Source of the DNA: a virus
Taxonomy: Duplodnaviria > Caudoviricetes
IMG/VR virus record: IMGVR_UViG_3300031951_000214
Span: 1 to 54,384 of that record
Strand: one strand, 5' to 3'
DNA length: 54,384 nt
Positions 37,521 through 45,587 of the stretch are shown here, piece by piece. The translations under genes and the position numbers were made by a program. Position 1 is the stretch's first letter. Each line of letters starts with the position of its first letter. Under the pieces are notes generated by a model. That model was given only the letters and a program-made list of their open reading frames with translations. It was not told the origin of the DNA and made no database searches.

Positions 37521-37997
37521 TTAGGTTGTGGCTAAACGCAACAAAGCCGTTGAAGTTGTGTCTGCTGGCATGGTCAAGGTAAAAGTTCCGGCACTGATAG
37601 TTTGTGAACCAAACGTATGGACAGAAACCGCCTTGTTACTCTGAGAGGAGTTGTAAATCAACACCGCATCAAACGCTGTGGTCAAAGTCACAGAGGTGTA
37701 GACCAAGCTAGCAGAAGGCGTAAAAAACGCCACGCCCGCCGTAGCAGATGCGTTTGTTGCCGTAGGAGGGTTTGCTATTGTTACCGTTATGCCACCTGCG
37801 GTGTACCCAGCACCAGAGACTTCTCCGGTTGTAGTGTATGCAGTGGTCGATGCGTTAATGGTAGCTGACGCCAAAAACAAAGCTGCTTTAAACGTATCAG
37901 CGGCAGATGTGCCACGGGTTGGCGCAGTGCCGAAGTTGTGAGTTGCTGTCATCAACTCGCCCATGAACGAGGTACACATTGATTGGGTATTTGCCAC
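37521..37997 (-). CDS. virion structural protein, paralog of 38200-38622
   Basis: DTFKAALF...TTAYTTTGE...YTAGG...FTLTMP; GTG start after AGGAG. Confidence 0.75.
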   Translation of the reverse strand: MANTQSMCTSFMGELMTATHNFGTAPTRGTSAADTFKAALFLASATINASTTAYTTTGEVSGAGYTAGGITVTIANPPTATNASATAGVAFFTPSASLVYTSVTLTTAFDAVLIYNSSQSNKAVSVHTFGSQTISAGTFTLTMPADTTSTALLRLATT

Positions 37998-38008
37998 TTG
38001 GATTCTCC

Positions 38009-38200
38009 TTAAAACGAAGCTGCTCTGCCGCCAGCAAATGTTGGGGGCTTTTTCAAAGTTACATGCGCGGAACGGTGGACAAGTTCTCCGTCCAACCAGT
38101 ACTCAACCCATGTGGTGTGTTCATTGTCATTATCGACTGTACCTTCCCGCTTTTCAAGCAGAGAATCGTCCATTTCGCCTTTGGTTGTAGTTACTAGCAT
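38009..38200 (-). CDS. hypothetical protein
   Basis: WVEYWLDGELVHRS; coupled to the upstream gene. Confidence 0.7.
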   Translation of the reverse strand: MLVTTTKGEMDDSLLEKREGTVDNDNEHTTWVEYWLDGELVHRSAHVTLKKPPTFAGGRAASF

Positions 38201-38622
38201 TACACGATCCTTATGAGTGCTGACGTGCTGGTGTTTGCAGGCATCGTCACGGTGAATGAGGTGGTTGATGTTTTGTTGTTGCCAAAGTCAAGGACACAGA
38301 CTGCGCCATTGTCTCCGGCTTTGTAGATCAACGCGCCACGGGCTGTGATCGCGCCTGTCCATGACGGAGAAGAAAAAGTCACGTATGTCACGCTGCCGGA
38401 CGCTGTTGTTTGAGAAGACACTGTAGTGGTGACGATCTCTCCGCCTGCCACGTAGTTACCGCCTGATGCCTCACCAGTGGTTGTGTAGGCTGTGGTTGTC
38501 TCGTCCAATGTTGCATCGTTGGTGTACAGAGCCAGTCGGAACGTATCCGAGGTCAAGTTAATTGACCCGTTTGCCAGCCCTGCCCGCAGCGTATTGCAAG
38601 AGAAGTTGCCTTGAAAAGCCAT
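38200..38622 (-). CDS. virion structural protein
   Basis: DTFRLALY...TTAYTTTGE...YVAGG...ARGALIY...VLDFG. Confidence 0.75.
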   Translation of the reverse strand: MAFQGNFSCNTLRAGLANGSINLTSDTFRLALYTNDATLDETTTAYTTTGEASGGNYVAGGEIVTTTVSSQTTASGSVTYVTFSSPSWTGAITARGALIYKAGDNGAVCVLDFGNNKTSTTSFTVTMPANTSTSALIRIV

Positions 38623-39338
38623 CAGGTCACCGCCTGTCTAAACTGTCCTGACCTGTAAGCGTCTTGACGCTCCATGCCATCGCCCAGACGTTTCGCCAAC
38701 GCAAGTGCTTCTTTGAACTTGGTGTCGTACAACGTGATGATGTCTTGCTCACCTTTCATAAAAGTGTAAGCCTCTACCAATGAGCCATACAGCAAAACGG
38801 AATCAAAGTTGTCCCCCAACCATGTTGTGGTCGCGGTGGTGATGGATTCTGGGTAGTAATAGTAGTGAAGCTCAACGTAATACGCCGCATCAGGCGTTGG
38901 GCCAAGGATAATTGACAATTCGTTGGTGATCGCAGAACTGACAATCGTCGGGCCAAACAACGCGTAGTATTTTGGAACACCTTTGTCGTTTGGCGCAGGG
39001 TACGCCTGACGGATGAAATTCACATCCTTGTTGAGTAAATACTCAAACGTGCCAGTGTCCAAATCACCACCAACAACACCTGTCACCAATGCCAACGAAT
39101 ACACAGACAAAAAGTCATTTGGCAAAGACACGTACTTATTGCTTGACGTGATCGCTGTGTACTGATTCTTGCGAAGCGACGGGAACTGAACCGAGTTGTA
39201 AATGCGCTGCTCAGCCTGCTGAATGAACCGATTGATCTGAGCGGTTGAATTCTCAGTCGATCCATCAGCAAGGTATACAGGGGGAAACTGATTCTCCGTG
39301 TATGACTGAATTGCAATTACAAGCTGGCTGTAGTTCAC
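38622..39338 (-). CDS. head-tail adaptor / tail tubular protein A-like
   Basis: FIQQAEQRI, GxPKYYA, GPTPD, LLYGSLVEA. Confidence 0.7.
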   Translation of the reverse strand: MNYSQLVIAIQSYTENQFPPVYLADGSTENSTAQINRFIQQAEQRIYNSVQFPSLRKNQYTAITSSNKYVSLPNDFLSVYSLALVTGVVGGDLDTGTFEYLLNKDVNFIRQAYPAPNDKGVPKYYALFGPTIVSSAITNELSIILGPTPDAAYYVELHYYYYPESITTATTTWLGDNFDSVLLYGSLVEAYTFMKGEQDIITLYDTKFKEALALAKRLGDGMERQDAYRSGQFRQAVT

Positions 39339-39535
39339 GCCATTGGCCCCCGCGCCATCACGCCTTTAGTAGCCGCGCCAGTGCCACGGATTTTGATACC
39401 AGTGGTTTTGGTGGGCTTGTAGTCATTGCTGTGAGCATTTGCCTCAGAGACGTTTAGGTCTTTCATGTATTTTTTATTGTCAGCCTCACCAACAACAACG
39501 CTTGGAACTATTTTTGGTTTTTTGTAATCAACCAT
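39335..39535 (-). CDS. small basic protein
   Basis: C-terminal IRGTGAATKG..ARGPMA; GGAGG RBS. Confidence 0.7.
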   Translation of the reverse strand: MVDYKKPKIVPSVVVGEADNKKYMKDLNVSEANAHSNDYKPTKTTGIKIRGTGAATKGVMARGPMA

Positions 39536-39536
39536 C

Positions 39537-39701
39537 TTAGCCTCCGCGACCAGAAGAGCGTTGGTTCATGACCTTCGCCATGTTGCGACCATACTTGAGC
39601 ATGTTGGCGTTTGTTTTGCCGCCAGCCGCCATTTTGTGCATACGCTTTTCGTGGGACTTAACTGCTTTGCCCGCGATCTTTTTTACCTGCTTCGTGTCCA
39701 T
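39537..39701 (-). CDS. small basic protein (54 aa)
   Basis: Read by hand as MDTKQVKK...HEKRMHKMAAGGKT...GRGG*; AGGAG RBS. Confidence 0.7.
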   Translation of the reverse strand: MDTKQVKKIAGKAVKSHEKRMHKMAAGGKTNANMLKYGRNMAKVMNQRSSGRGG

Positions 39702-39711
39702 GTTTAAACTC

Positions 39712-40137
39712 CTAAGTTACGCTTACCGTGACTGTACCAAGTTCCACCGCTAAAACCAAATTATTTGGAGTCAAAGCAGCATCAAAAAACGCTGCCCCAC
39801 CCACTGGGTTCCAGCCCCACTGAAAGATTCGACTACCACCCTCCACTGTCCCAGTACCCAATGGGCCTGTACCAGTTGGGACAATCTGCAACCCGCTTGT
39901 TCCTGACAACACATAGCTGCGGTCAGGACGAGGATTCCTTAAAGCCTGTGGGTCGTCCACCGGGAACATACCCAACTGCAACTGCGGTTGATCAGGATCC
40001 CAGCAAGCCGGGCAAACCAACAGGTTGTAGTTCTTGGTCTTGATGATCTCCGTCTTCAAGATGTTGAGCTTGAACCGCTGATCGCAGCGATCACACTGCG
40101 CAATCGCGTGCTTACCACTGGCAAACCTGTTGCCCAC
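39712..40137 (-). CDS. conserved phage zinc-binding protein
   Basis: CDRC...VCPACWD..QPQ...DPQAL..PRPD. Confidence 0.75.
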   Translation of the reverse strand: MGNRFASGKHAIAQCDRCDQRFKLNILKTEIIKTKNYNLLVCPACWDPDQPQLQLGMFPVDDPQALRNPRPDRSYVLSGTSGLQIVPTGTGPLGTGTVEGGSRIFQWGWNPVGGAAFFDAALTPNNLVLAVELGTVTVSVT

Positions 40138-40139
40138 TG

Positions 40140-41066
40140 TTACCTCCCAATGTAGGTTTGGCGGGGAACAAGCCTCAAGGCAGCTTTCTCATGGTCTTCG
40201 TACGCCGCAAGCTCCCAAGCCTCGTCATACTGCTGTTTCAGGAAGCCAAGACGTTCTGCGCCAGTGGGGATCTTTCCGGCGATGTAATACGACAACCCCG
40301 CTGCCATACAAGGCAGGAAGCGGAAAGGAACGTCCATGACGTTTACACCCCCACCAGCGTCTTGGGTGCGGCGTAGACGCCAATACACCAATTGGTAGGT
40401 CTGTGCGTTGTCCGGTGTGGGCCAGACGGTTACAGCGGGAACCTGCTCCCAATACACGGTCGCATTGTCCGCATGGCTTGCCGCCGTGGTGTTTTGCTGC
40501 CCACGGAAGCAGTTGTACAGGACATTCCCGTCAATGTATCCATAGTTGATGATCTCATTGTCAATCTTGACAAACCCGGCGGCTGGAAGCCCCACCACGG
40601 AGTCCAACGTAATCTGGGTAACTGTGCTGTTAATTGCACCGTCTAGGGTTAACCCTGTCGTTGATGTTTGTCCGTTGTAGCGTTGAATCCAAATCTGGAT
40701 TGGTCTGGCTTGCGTGATCTTGTTGGGGATCGTCGCATAAGTAGAAACGCTGATGCGGGTGATGGTCAGATCAGCCTGAGTTGAGGCGATGTTTCCGCCA
40801 GTACGGATGACATGCTCCAACAGGTCAATGGTGTCGTTGGGTAGAGGGTAGGTGTTCTGACCCTGAACCAAGTCAATTGTGCCAGTCTCAATTGTCCACA
40901 GATTGATGCCACGGTTGGCCCAATCAGCAAACATGATGTTTAAACTGCGTCTGGCTGTACGTAGGTCATACCCGGTACGCAACTCACCACCGGCGCGTTC
41001 AAACGCTTCCTCGACCAACTCGGTGAGGTCTAGGTTAAAGCTTGATGCACCAGAGGTATTTGCCAT
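40140..41066 (-). CDS. head-tail connector / tubular protein A-like with inserted beta domain
   Basis: ARRSLN..FADWANRG.NLW, WPTPD, DVPFRFLP. Confidence 0.7.
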   Translation of the reverse strand: MANTSGASSFNLDLTELVEEAFERAGGELRTGYDLRTARRSLNIMFADWANRGINLWTIETGTIDLVQGQNTYPLPNDTIDLLEHVIRTGGNIASTQADLTITRISVSTYATIPNKITQARPIQIWIQRYNGQTSTTGLTLDGAINSTVTQITLDSVVGLPAAGFVKIDNEIINYGYIDGNVLYNCFRGQQNTTAASHADNATVYWEQVPAVTVWPTPDNAQTYQLVYWRLRRTQDAGGGVNVMDVPFRFLPCMAAGLSYYIAGKIPTGAERLGFLKQQYDEAWELAAYEDHEKAALRLVPRQTYIGR

Positions 41067-41305
41067 TATCTAAACCCTGCCGTTTTCTTTGCAATGTTCT
41101 TTGGTTGTGCCACAAACTGTTTGCCCTTGGCTTTGCCCGCCCGCTTTGCACGGGTTGTAGCGGCATACTCCGCTGGGCTTAGACTTTTGATCGCGGCCTC
41201 TGGGAGATACCGCTCACCCGTTTTGGATGAGGGTTTACCCGACTTGGTTCGCCATTTCTGGTCGCCCCAAGATTTAAGGGATTGTTGCGGTGCTTTAAGA
41301 GACAT
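41066..41305 (-). CDS. DUF5872-like protein, C-terminal part
   Basis: QQSLKSW..QKWRTK...ERYLP...GKQFV. Confidence 0.65.
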   Translation of the reverse strand: MSLKAPQQSLKSWGDQKWRTKSGKPSSKTGERYLPEAAIKSLSPAEYAATTRAKRAGKAKGKQFVAQPKNIAKKTAGFR

Positions 41306-41762
41306 TTTCTACCTCTTGTATTTTGGCAGAGATTAAATAGTCTTTTGCTTTTTGTAGCAAATGCTCACTGTCCCCCAATAACCCAAGCCCACGATTGCAA
41401 TTTGGGCAAAGTAGCCCACGAACTCTTCCTGTAACATGGTCATGGTCAATACACAACCAGCTAAATTTTTCTTCTGGCTCACTGCAAATTGCGCAGCAGC
41501 CATGTTGGGCTTCATACAAAACATCGTACATTTCTTGAGTTGCCCCTCGACGTTTGAGTCGTCGATTTGCTACCACCCAATTTTTTCTACGCCAATCATT
41601 GATATGGTCTCTATTTTGTACAGCCCATTCTTGCCGTTTGGCCTGCATACACAGCTTACATTGCGACTTATGTAGATGTGACAATTTACCGCCACGGCTA
41701 AAAAACTCCGTCAAAGGTTTTTCTTGTTTACATCCAGTACAAGTTTTAATCACGATAGCCAC
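41295..41762 (-). CDS. endonuclease VII-family nuclease (probable free-standing homing endonuclease)
   Basis: Q.GCCAIC...IDHDH.TGRVRGLLC..CNRGLG plus N-terminal CxxC pairs. Confidence 0.9.
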   Translation of the reverse strand: MAIVIKTCTGCKQEKPLTEFFSRGGKLSHLHKSQCKLCMQAKRQEWAVQNRDHINDWRRKNWVVANRRLKRRGATQEMYDVLYEAQHGCCAICSEPEEKFSWLCIDHDHVTGRVRGLLCPNCNRGLGLLGDSEHLLQKAKDYLISAKIQEVENVS

Positions 41763-42024
41763 CGCCTGCTGCTTTATATTTTTTAGCTACAAGTTGACTT
41801 TTTCTTGCCGACCACTGACCTGCGCCAGTACCATGTGTTGCTGCTGATTTGACCTGAGCCACGATCCGCTTGCGCAGGCTAGGCTTGGTGTAGTTGCCAG
41901 CGGCGTTGACCTTACCGCCCTCTGCATACATGTCTACGTCTTGCGGCTTGTCTTTACGACGGACAGCCTTCTTCCCCGGCATCTTCTTCGGGTTGATTGC
42001 GCCCATACCGCGAGAGGCCATCAT
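41746..42024 (-). CDS. DUF5872-like protein, N-terminal part
   Basis: NYTKPSLR...GQWSARKSQL....YK..GGGY. Confidence 0.7.
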   Translation of the reverse strand: MMASRGMGAINPKKMPGKKAVRRKDKPQDVDMYAEGGKVNAAGNYTKPSLRKRIVAQVKSAATHGTGAGQWSARKSQLVAKKYKAAGGGYRD

Positions 42025-42437
42025 CAGATCATCTTCCCACGGGTTTTGCCTTTGACAGCGCAGCCATCAGCACGGCTGGAAGCAGTCATACCGCCCTTGG
42101 CGAATCCTTTACCCATCTCCGTCTTGGTGGTGGGTGCAGTCTTCATCTTCTTGCGCATCTCTTCATCTTTTGCTTCTTCCATAGACTGCTTTTGACCGGG
42201 GGTCATTGAGTCTTCTTTGCCGCGAGATTCGCGCTTTATTTCAGCGGCGGCTTCACGTCTATCTTTGTTACCAGCTTCTTGAGCTATTTCAATTTGTTTT
42301 TTCTTTATAAAACCCATACCCCCCAAACCCACCGCTGGGGGTATATAAGCTAGTGGAGATAACTTACCACTACCGCCGCCAGACCCACCACCCTCAAGTG
42401 GGTTCAAGTCGGTGTAGTGCCTTGAATGTTTTCCCAT
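42024..42437 (-). CDS. basic protein with C-terminal 'FAKGG...RADGCAVKGKT' tag
   Basis: GAGGT RBS; shared tag. Confidence 0.7.
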   Translation of the reverse strand: MGKHSRHYTDLNPLEGGGSGGGSGKLSPLAYIPPAVGLGGMGFIKKKQIEIAQEAGNKDRREAAAEIKRESRGKEDSMTPGQKQSMEEAKDEEMRKKMKTAPTTKTEMGKGFAKGGMTASSRADGCAVKGKTRGKMI

Positions 42438-42445
42438 GATTTACC

Positions 42446-43564
42446 TCAATACATTTTGCAACGGGTTTTGCCGCGAGATGCAATACCATCACCACGACGA
42501 GAAGCGGTCATGCCGCCAGAAGCCATTTTGACTGCGCCACCACGCTTAAAGTCTGAACCCGGTTTAAAATTCATAAAAGGGTCTTTAGAATTACGTTTTG
42601 CTTCAGCGGCAGCGGCGCGGGCTTCAGCGGCGGCGGCGCGGGCTTCAGCTTGTGCAATTTTATCCATACCCTTGGGGCCAGCAGCCCAAGCGTTTGGATT
42701 GGTCACAGTCGCATTTCTGCCGGGAAAAGCAACATTACGAACTTCTTCCATGTCTTTTATACGCTGACCTGCGGCACTCAAAACGTCTTCACCCTTGCCT
42801 GCTTGTTTAGCAGTAGTACGATTGGCTAAGTTTTTTGCTAGGCTTGCAGCTGTTTTGTAGCCACCGCCGGGAGTTAAGAGCTGTTCTGGGTATACAGGTT
42901 CAGCGGCTTGCAACTCTGGGTTAGCTTTTAACCTTTTCATCTTGGCGTCATAAGCTGCCTGAGCACGGGAACGGTTCTTCATCTCATCTGTAGAAATTGA
43001 AGCTTTGCGGGCATCTGTTTTTCTAGCTTGCGATTCTGCCTTTGATTTAAGGTTAGCTACTTTTGCCGCATCAAGATTTCGTTGATACGCTCGAAAATCA
43101 GCTTTGTTACTAGCTATATCTTTTTTATCTTTTGCTGCTTGCTTGGCTTTATCTTCAGGAGTTTGATTTAATATTGTTTTTGCTTCAGCTTGAGTCATAT
43201 CTTTATCTGAGCGTAGTACACCCTTAGACTGACTAGGGTCACCATGTTTAACTTCTTTAGCAGGTTCATCAGCTTTTGGAAGGTCTTCAGCCTTTACTTC
43301 CCGTTTATCTACCGGAGCAGGTTTAGGTTCAATTTTAATTTCTGGCTTTTTGTAGCCTTCATTACTGTAATCTTCGTCTTTTGCAGCTTCAGCTTTTTTA
43401 GCACCAGACACGGCTTCTCTTTGCGCGTCTGTTCGGGCTTTAGACGATTTTTCTTCGTCATCAGTTGCAGAGGGGCCTTTTGCGTCCTTACCTTTGGACA
43501 TCATGTAGGCCGCAGCACCCAGTGCAGCAAGCCCAGCTAACCTTCCAGCGCTTTTCTTTGCCAT
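42446..43564 (-). CDS. Lys/Ala-rich low-complexity protein with C-terminal tag
   Basis: AAGGAG RBS; ends MASGG...RGDGIASRGKTRCKMY. Confidence 0.75.
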   Translation of the reverse strand: MAKKSAGRLAGLAALGAAAYMMSKGKDAKGPSATDDEEKSSKARTDAQREAVSGAKKAEAAKDEDYSNEGYKKPEIKIEPKPAPVDKREVKAEDLPKADEPAKEVKHGDPSQSKGVLRSDKDMTQAEAKTILNQTPEDKAKQAAKDKKDIASNKADFRAYQRNLDAAKVANLKSKAESQARKTDARKASISTDEMKNRSRAQAAYDAKMKRLKANPELQAAEPVYPEQLLTPGGGYKTAASLAKNLANRTTAKQAGKGEDVLSAAGQRIKDMEEVRNVAFPGRNATVTNPNAWAAGPKGMDKIAQAEARAAAAEARAAAAEAKRNSKDPFMNFKPGSDFKRGGAVKMASGGMTASRRGDGIASRGKTRCKMY

Positions 43565-43574
43565 GATTTACTCC

Positions 43575-44066
43575 TTAGCAGGTTTTGCCGCCCATTTTCA
43601 TGCCCAGTGGCTTAGAACCAGACATCTTGACTTGTGCGCCCTTGGTTTTGCCTTTGGCAGCGACACCATCGCGGCTTGGAGCGGCGGTCTTTACAGTACC
43701 CATTTTGGCTTTGGTGATACCACCGTTGGCCATTTTTTTCATACCAGCTTCTTTCATCTCATGCTTGACCATAGACTTAGGTGCGCCCTTAGCCTTCATG
43801 AAGCTGACCTCTTTTTTGACCATCGCTTTAGATTCTTTCATTTCGCCACCCTTGTTAAAAAGTTCGCTCTTACCTTGATTAGTCTTTGGCTTGTTGACCG
43901 CTTGCGCGTCAGCACGGCTTTTTGTGCCTTTGCCAAATTTCATACCCTTGCTGGCTTCGCTGAAATCCTTGCCCACTGATTTGGGGACTCCAACCTTCTT
44001 CGCAAACGCTGGGTTGTGAGCCACAGCATCCATGAATTTCTTTTGTTTAAGACTTGTTGCTGGCAT
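43575..44066 (-). CDS. Lys/Met-rich basic protein with tag motif
   Basis: Repeated xxGG motifs; RDGVAAKGKTKG. Confidence 0.75.
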   Translation of the reverse strand: MPATSLKQKKFMDAVAHNPAFAKKVGVPKSVGKDFSEASKGMKFGKGTKSRADAQAVNKPKTNQGKSELFNKGGEMKESKAMVKKEVSFMKAKGAPKSMVKHEMKEAGMKKMANGGITKAKMGTVKTAAPSRDGVAAKGKTKGAQVKMSGSKPLGMKMGGKTC

Positions 44067-44305
44067 CACTTCCCCGCTTGAATAAGCTGGTCAATTTTTG
44101 CTTCAAGGCGGTTAAACCGCTGGTCAATGTGGTCAGTAATTCTCTGAACCTCTGCGTTAGTTGCGTAATCACGGGCAATCTCCTCGCGTGTGATGTTGAG
44201 CAGGCGCTCAATACGTTTGACATCTTCGAACTTTTCGCGGATAAAAAACCACAATGCCCCCATGATGAGGGACAGTGCGGCAGACCAGATTGTTGCGATG
44301 TCCAT
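44066..44305 (-). CDS. small membrane-anchored coiled-coil protein
   Basis: N-terminal TM; RFNRLEAKID. Confidence 0.7.
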   Translation of the reverse strand: MDIATIWSAALSLIMGALWFFIREKFEDVKRIERLLNITREEIARDYATNAEVQRITDHIDQRFNRLEAKIDQLIQAGK

Positions 44306-44628
44306 CAGATCATCCTACCCTTGGTCTTACCTTTGACGGCACAGCCATCAGCACTGCTGACGTATCCACCATCTGCGCAGTTCCACGCACGAAGGCTCTT
44401 GTTAATCCTTGAATCCGGATCGTTTGCGGTCTTGGCGCTGGTCAACTTCGCTTTCATGCCTTTCATACGGGCGCAGAAAGAGTCGCGGCGACTGCCGCCG
44501 TGTGGCTGAGGCGGTTTTAATCCGGGTTTCCCCGGATTTGCTGCGTTGTAGGAAGCTCGTCCTTTGGCGTTCAAGCCGCCCTTCTCGGACTTTCCTTCCT
44601 TCCTCTGCCATGCGGGGGACTTAGCCAT
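44305..44628 (-). CDS. DUF6321-like basic protein with appended tag
   Basis: AWQRKEGK..GGLN.KGR...RR.SFCARM...SLRAWNC, then ADGG..SADGCAVKGKTKG. Confidence 0.7.
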   Translation of the reverse strand: MAKSPAWQRKEGKSEKGGLNAKGRASYNAANPGKPGLKPPQPHGGSRRDSFCARMKGMKAKLTSAKTANDPDSRINKSLRAWNCADGGYVSSADGCAVKGKTKGRMI

Positions 44629-44902
44629 ACACAATCGTCACGCCTGTGATATTAGTCACATCAACGTAAACGCCTGTGGCAAACAAAATTCCTTCGCCGG
44701 GGATGGGTAGAAGAAACGTGTTTGCCGTGCCTGCGGGGGTGTCAATTTCAAGCTTCAGTGTGCCTGAAGTACTCGTTCCATCATAGAACTTAACCGACCC
44801 TGCGCTTGCCCCCGCAAGACCATATACAGCTTTTACACGGACACGGTAGTCAACCGCTTGTCCGTCTGCCGTTAGTCGCGTTGACTGGACATCATATTGC
44901 AT
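44621..44902 (-). CDS. small virion protein
   Basis: IPGEGILFATGVYV; GGAGG RBS. Confidence 0.7.
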   Translation of the reverse strand: MQYDVQSTRLTADGQAVDYRVRVKAVYGLAGASAGSVKFYDGTSTSGTLKLEIDTPAGTANTFLLPIPGEGILFATGVYVDVTNITGVTIVYG

Positions 44903-44915
44903 GAGCCGCTCCTAA

Positions 44916-45449
44916 TTAGGAATTTGCAAACGGTGTGGCAACAGTACCAGAACCAAGCAAAACACCTGTGACATAGTACTTCAAAGAAGCCAAAACAGTC
45001 ACGGTAATCCAAGAACCTGCTGCTCCACCAGTGGTAGTGCCGTCCAAGTTAATGACATCATTTGCTGCTGCGGGAGCATAACCAGTGGTTGCACCAGAAG
45101 CATCGGTTGCTACCAATAGCAGCGAGCCAACAAATTTATCTGTGCCGTCAGTTTTGATAGCCACGGCAGTTGCGGCGGTTTCTACAAAAAATGTGTAGGT
45201 CGTGCCAACATTGTTCAGAGTATTAGGGTCTTGACCGGGGCCGCTAGAAGTAGGGTTTGCTGTTGCGTTGATGGTTGGCAGGGTAATAATCAAAGTCGCA
45301 TCGTTGGTGCGAATTACCTTACCTGCGTATGTGGCAACATCAAGCGTAACGGTGTTTGTGCCGTTGGCAAGATTAACAACTGTATTTGGGCCTTGGGAAT
45401 AGAAGCCAGCCATTGAACGGACTGGGCCTTGAAACGTAGTGCGAGCCAT
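44916..45449 (-). CDS. virion structural/decoration protein
   Basis: Start MARTTFQGPV at 45449 after TAAGGA. Confidence 0.7.
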   Translation of the reverse strand: MARTTFQGPVRSMAGFYSQGPNTVVNLANGTNTVTLDVATYAGKVIRTNDATLIITLPTINATANPTSSGPGQDPNTLNNVGTTYTFFVETAATAVAIKTDGTDKFVGSLLLVATDASGATTGYAPAAANDVINLDGTTTGGAAGSWITVTVLASLKYYVTGVLLGSGTVATPFANS

Positions 45450-45454
45450 GTTTT

Positions 45455-45535
45455 TTTCCTTACATGCAAGTGGAGGTGTATCAATCTGCATGTCGTCAGC
45501 CGGGACTGTTTGATACACCGGAGAACCCCGGAATG
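45455..45535 (-). ncRNA. structured pseudoknotted RNA downstream of capsid gene (candidate Mu-gpT-DE-type motif)
   Basis: 10-bp stem 45475-45484/45510-45519, with two further pairings from its loop. Confidence 0.6.
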
Positions 45536-45550
45536 GTTGCAATATACACC

Positions 45551-45580
45551 AAAAGAAAAGGGGGCACAAGGCCCCCTTTC
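45551..45580 (-). terminator. intrinsic terminator after major capsid gene
   Basis: aaagggggc-cttgt-gccccctttt followed by ctttt on the - strand. Confidence 0.85.
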
Positions 45581-45587
45581 CGGTTTA

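Noticed and set aside
45455-45540. Hammerhead ribozyme (CUGACGA core on the - strand)
   Set aside because: The required GAAA does not directly follow the putative stem II (UAAG is there) and stem III is not convincing; kept only as an unknown structured RNA.
45450-45569. 40-aa N-terminal extension of the 44916 ORF
   Set aside because: It runs through the terminator and the RNA element; the real start with RBS is at 45449.
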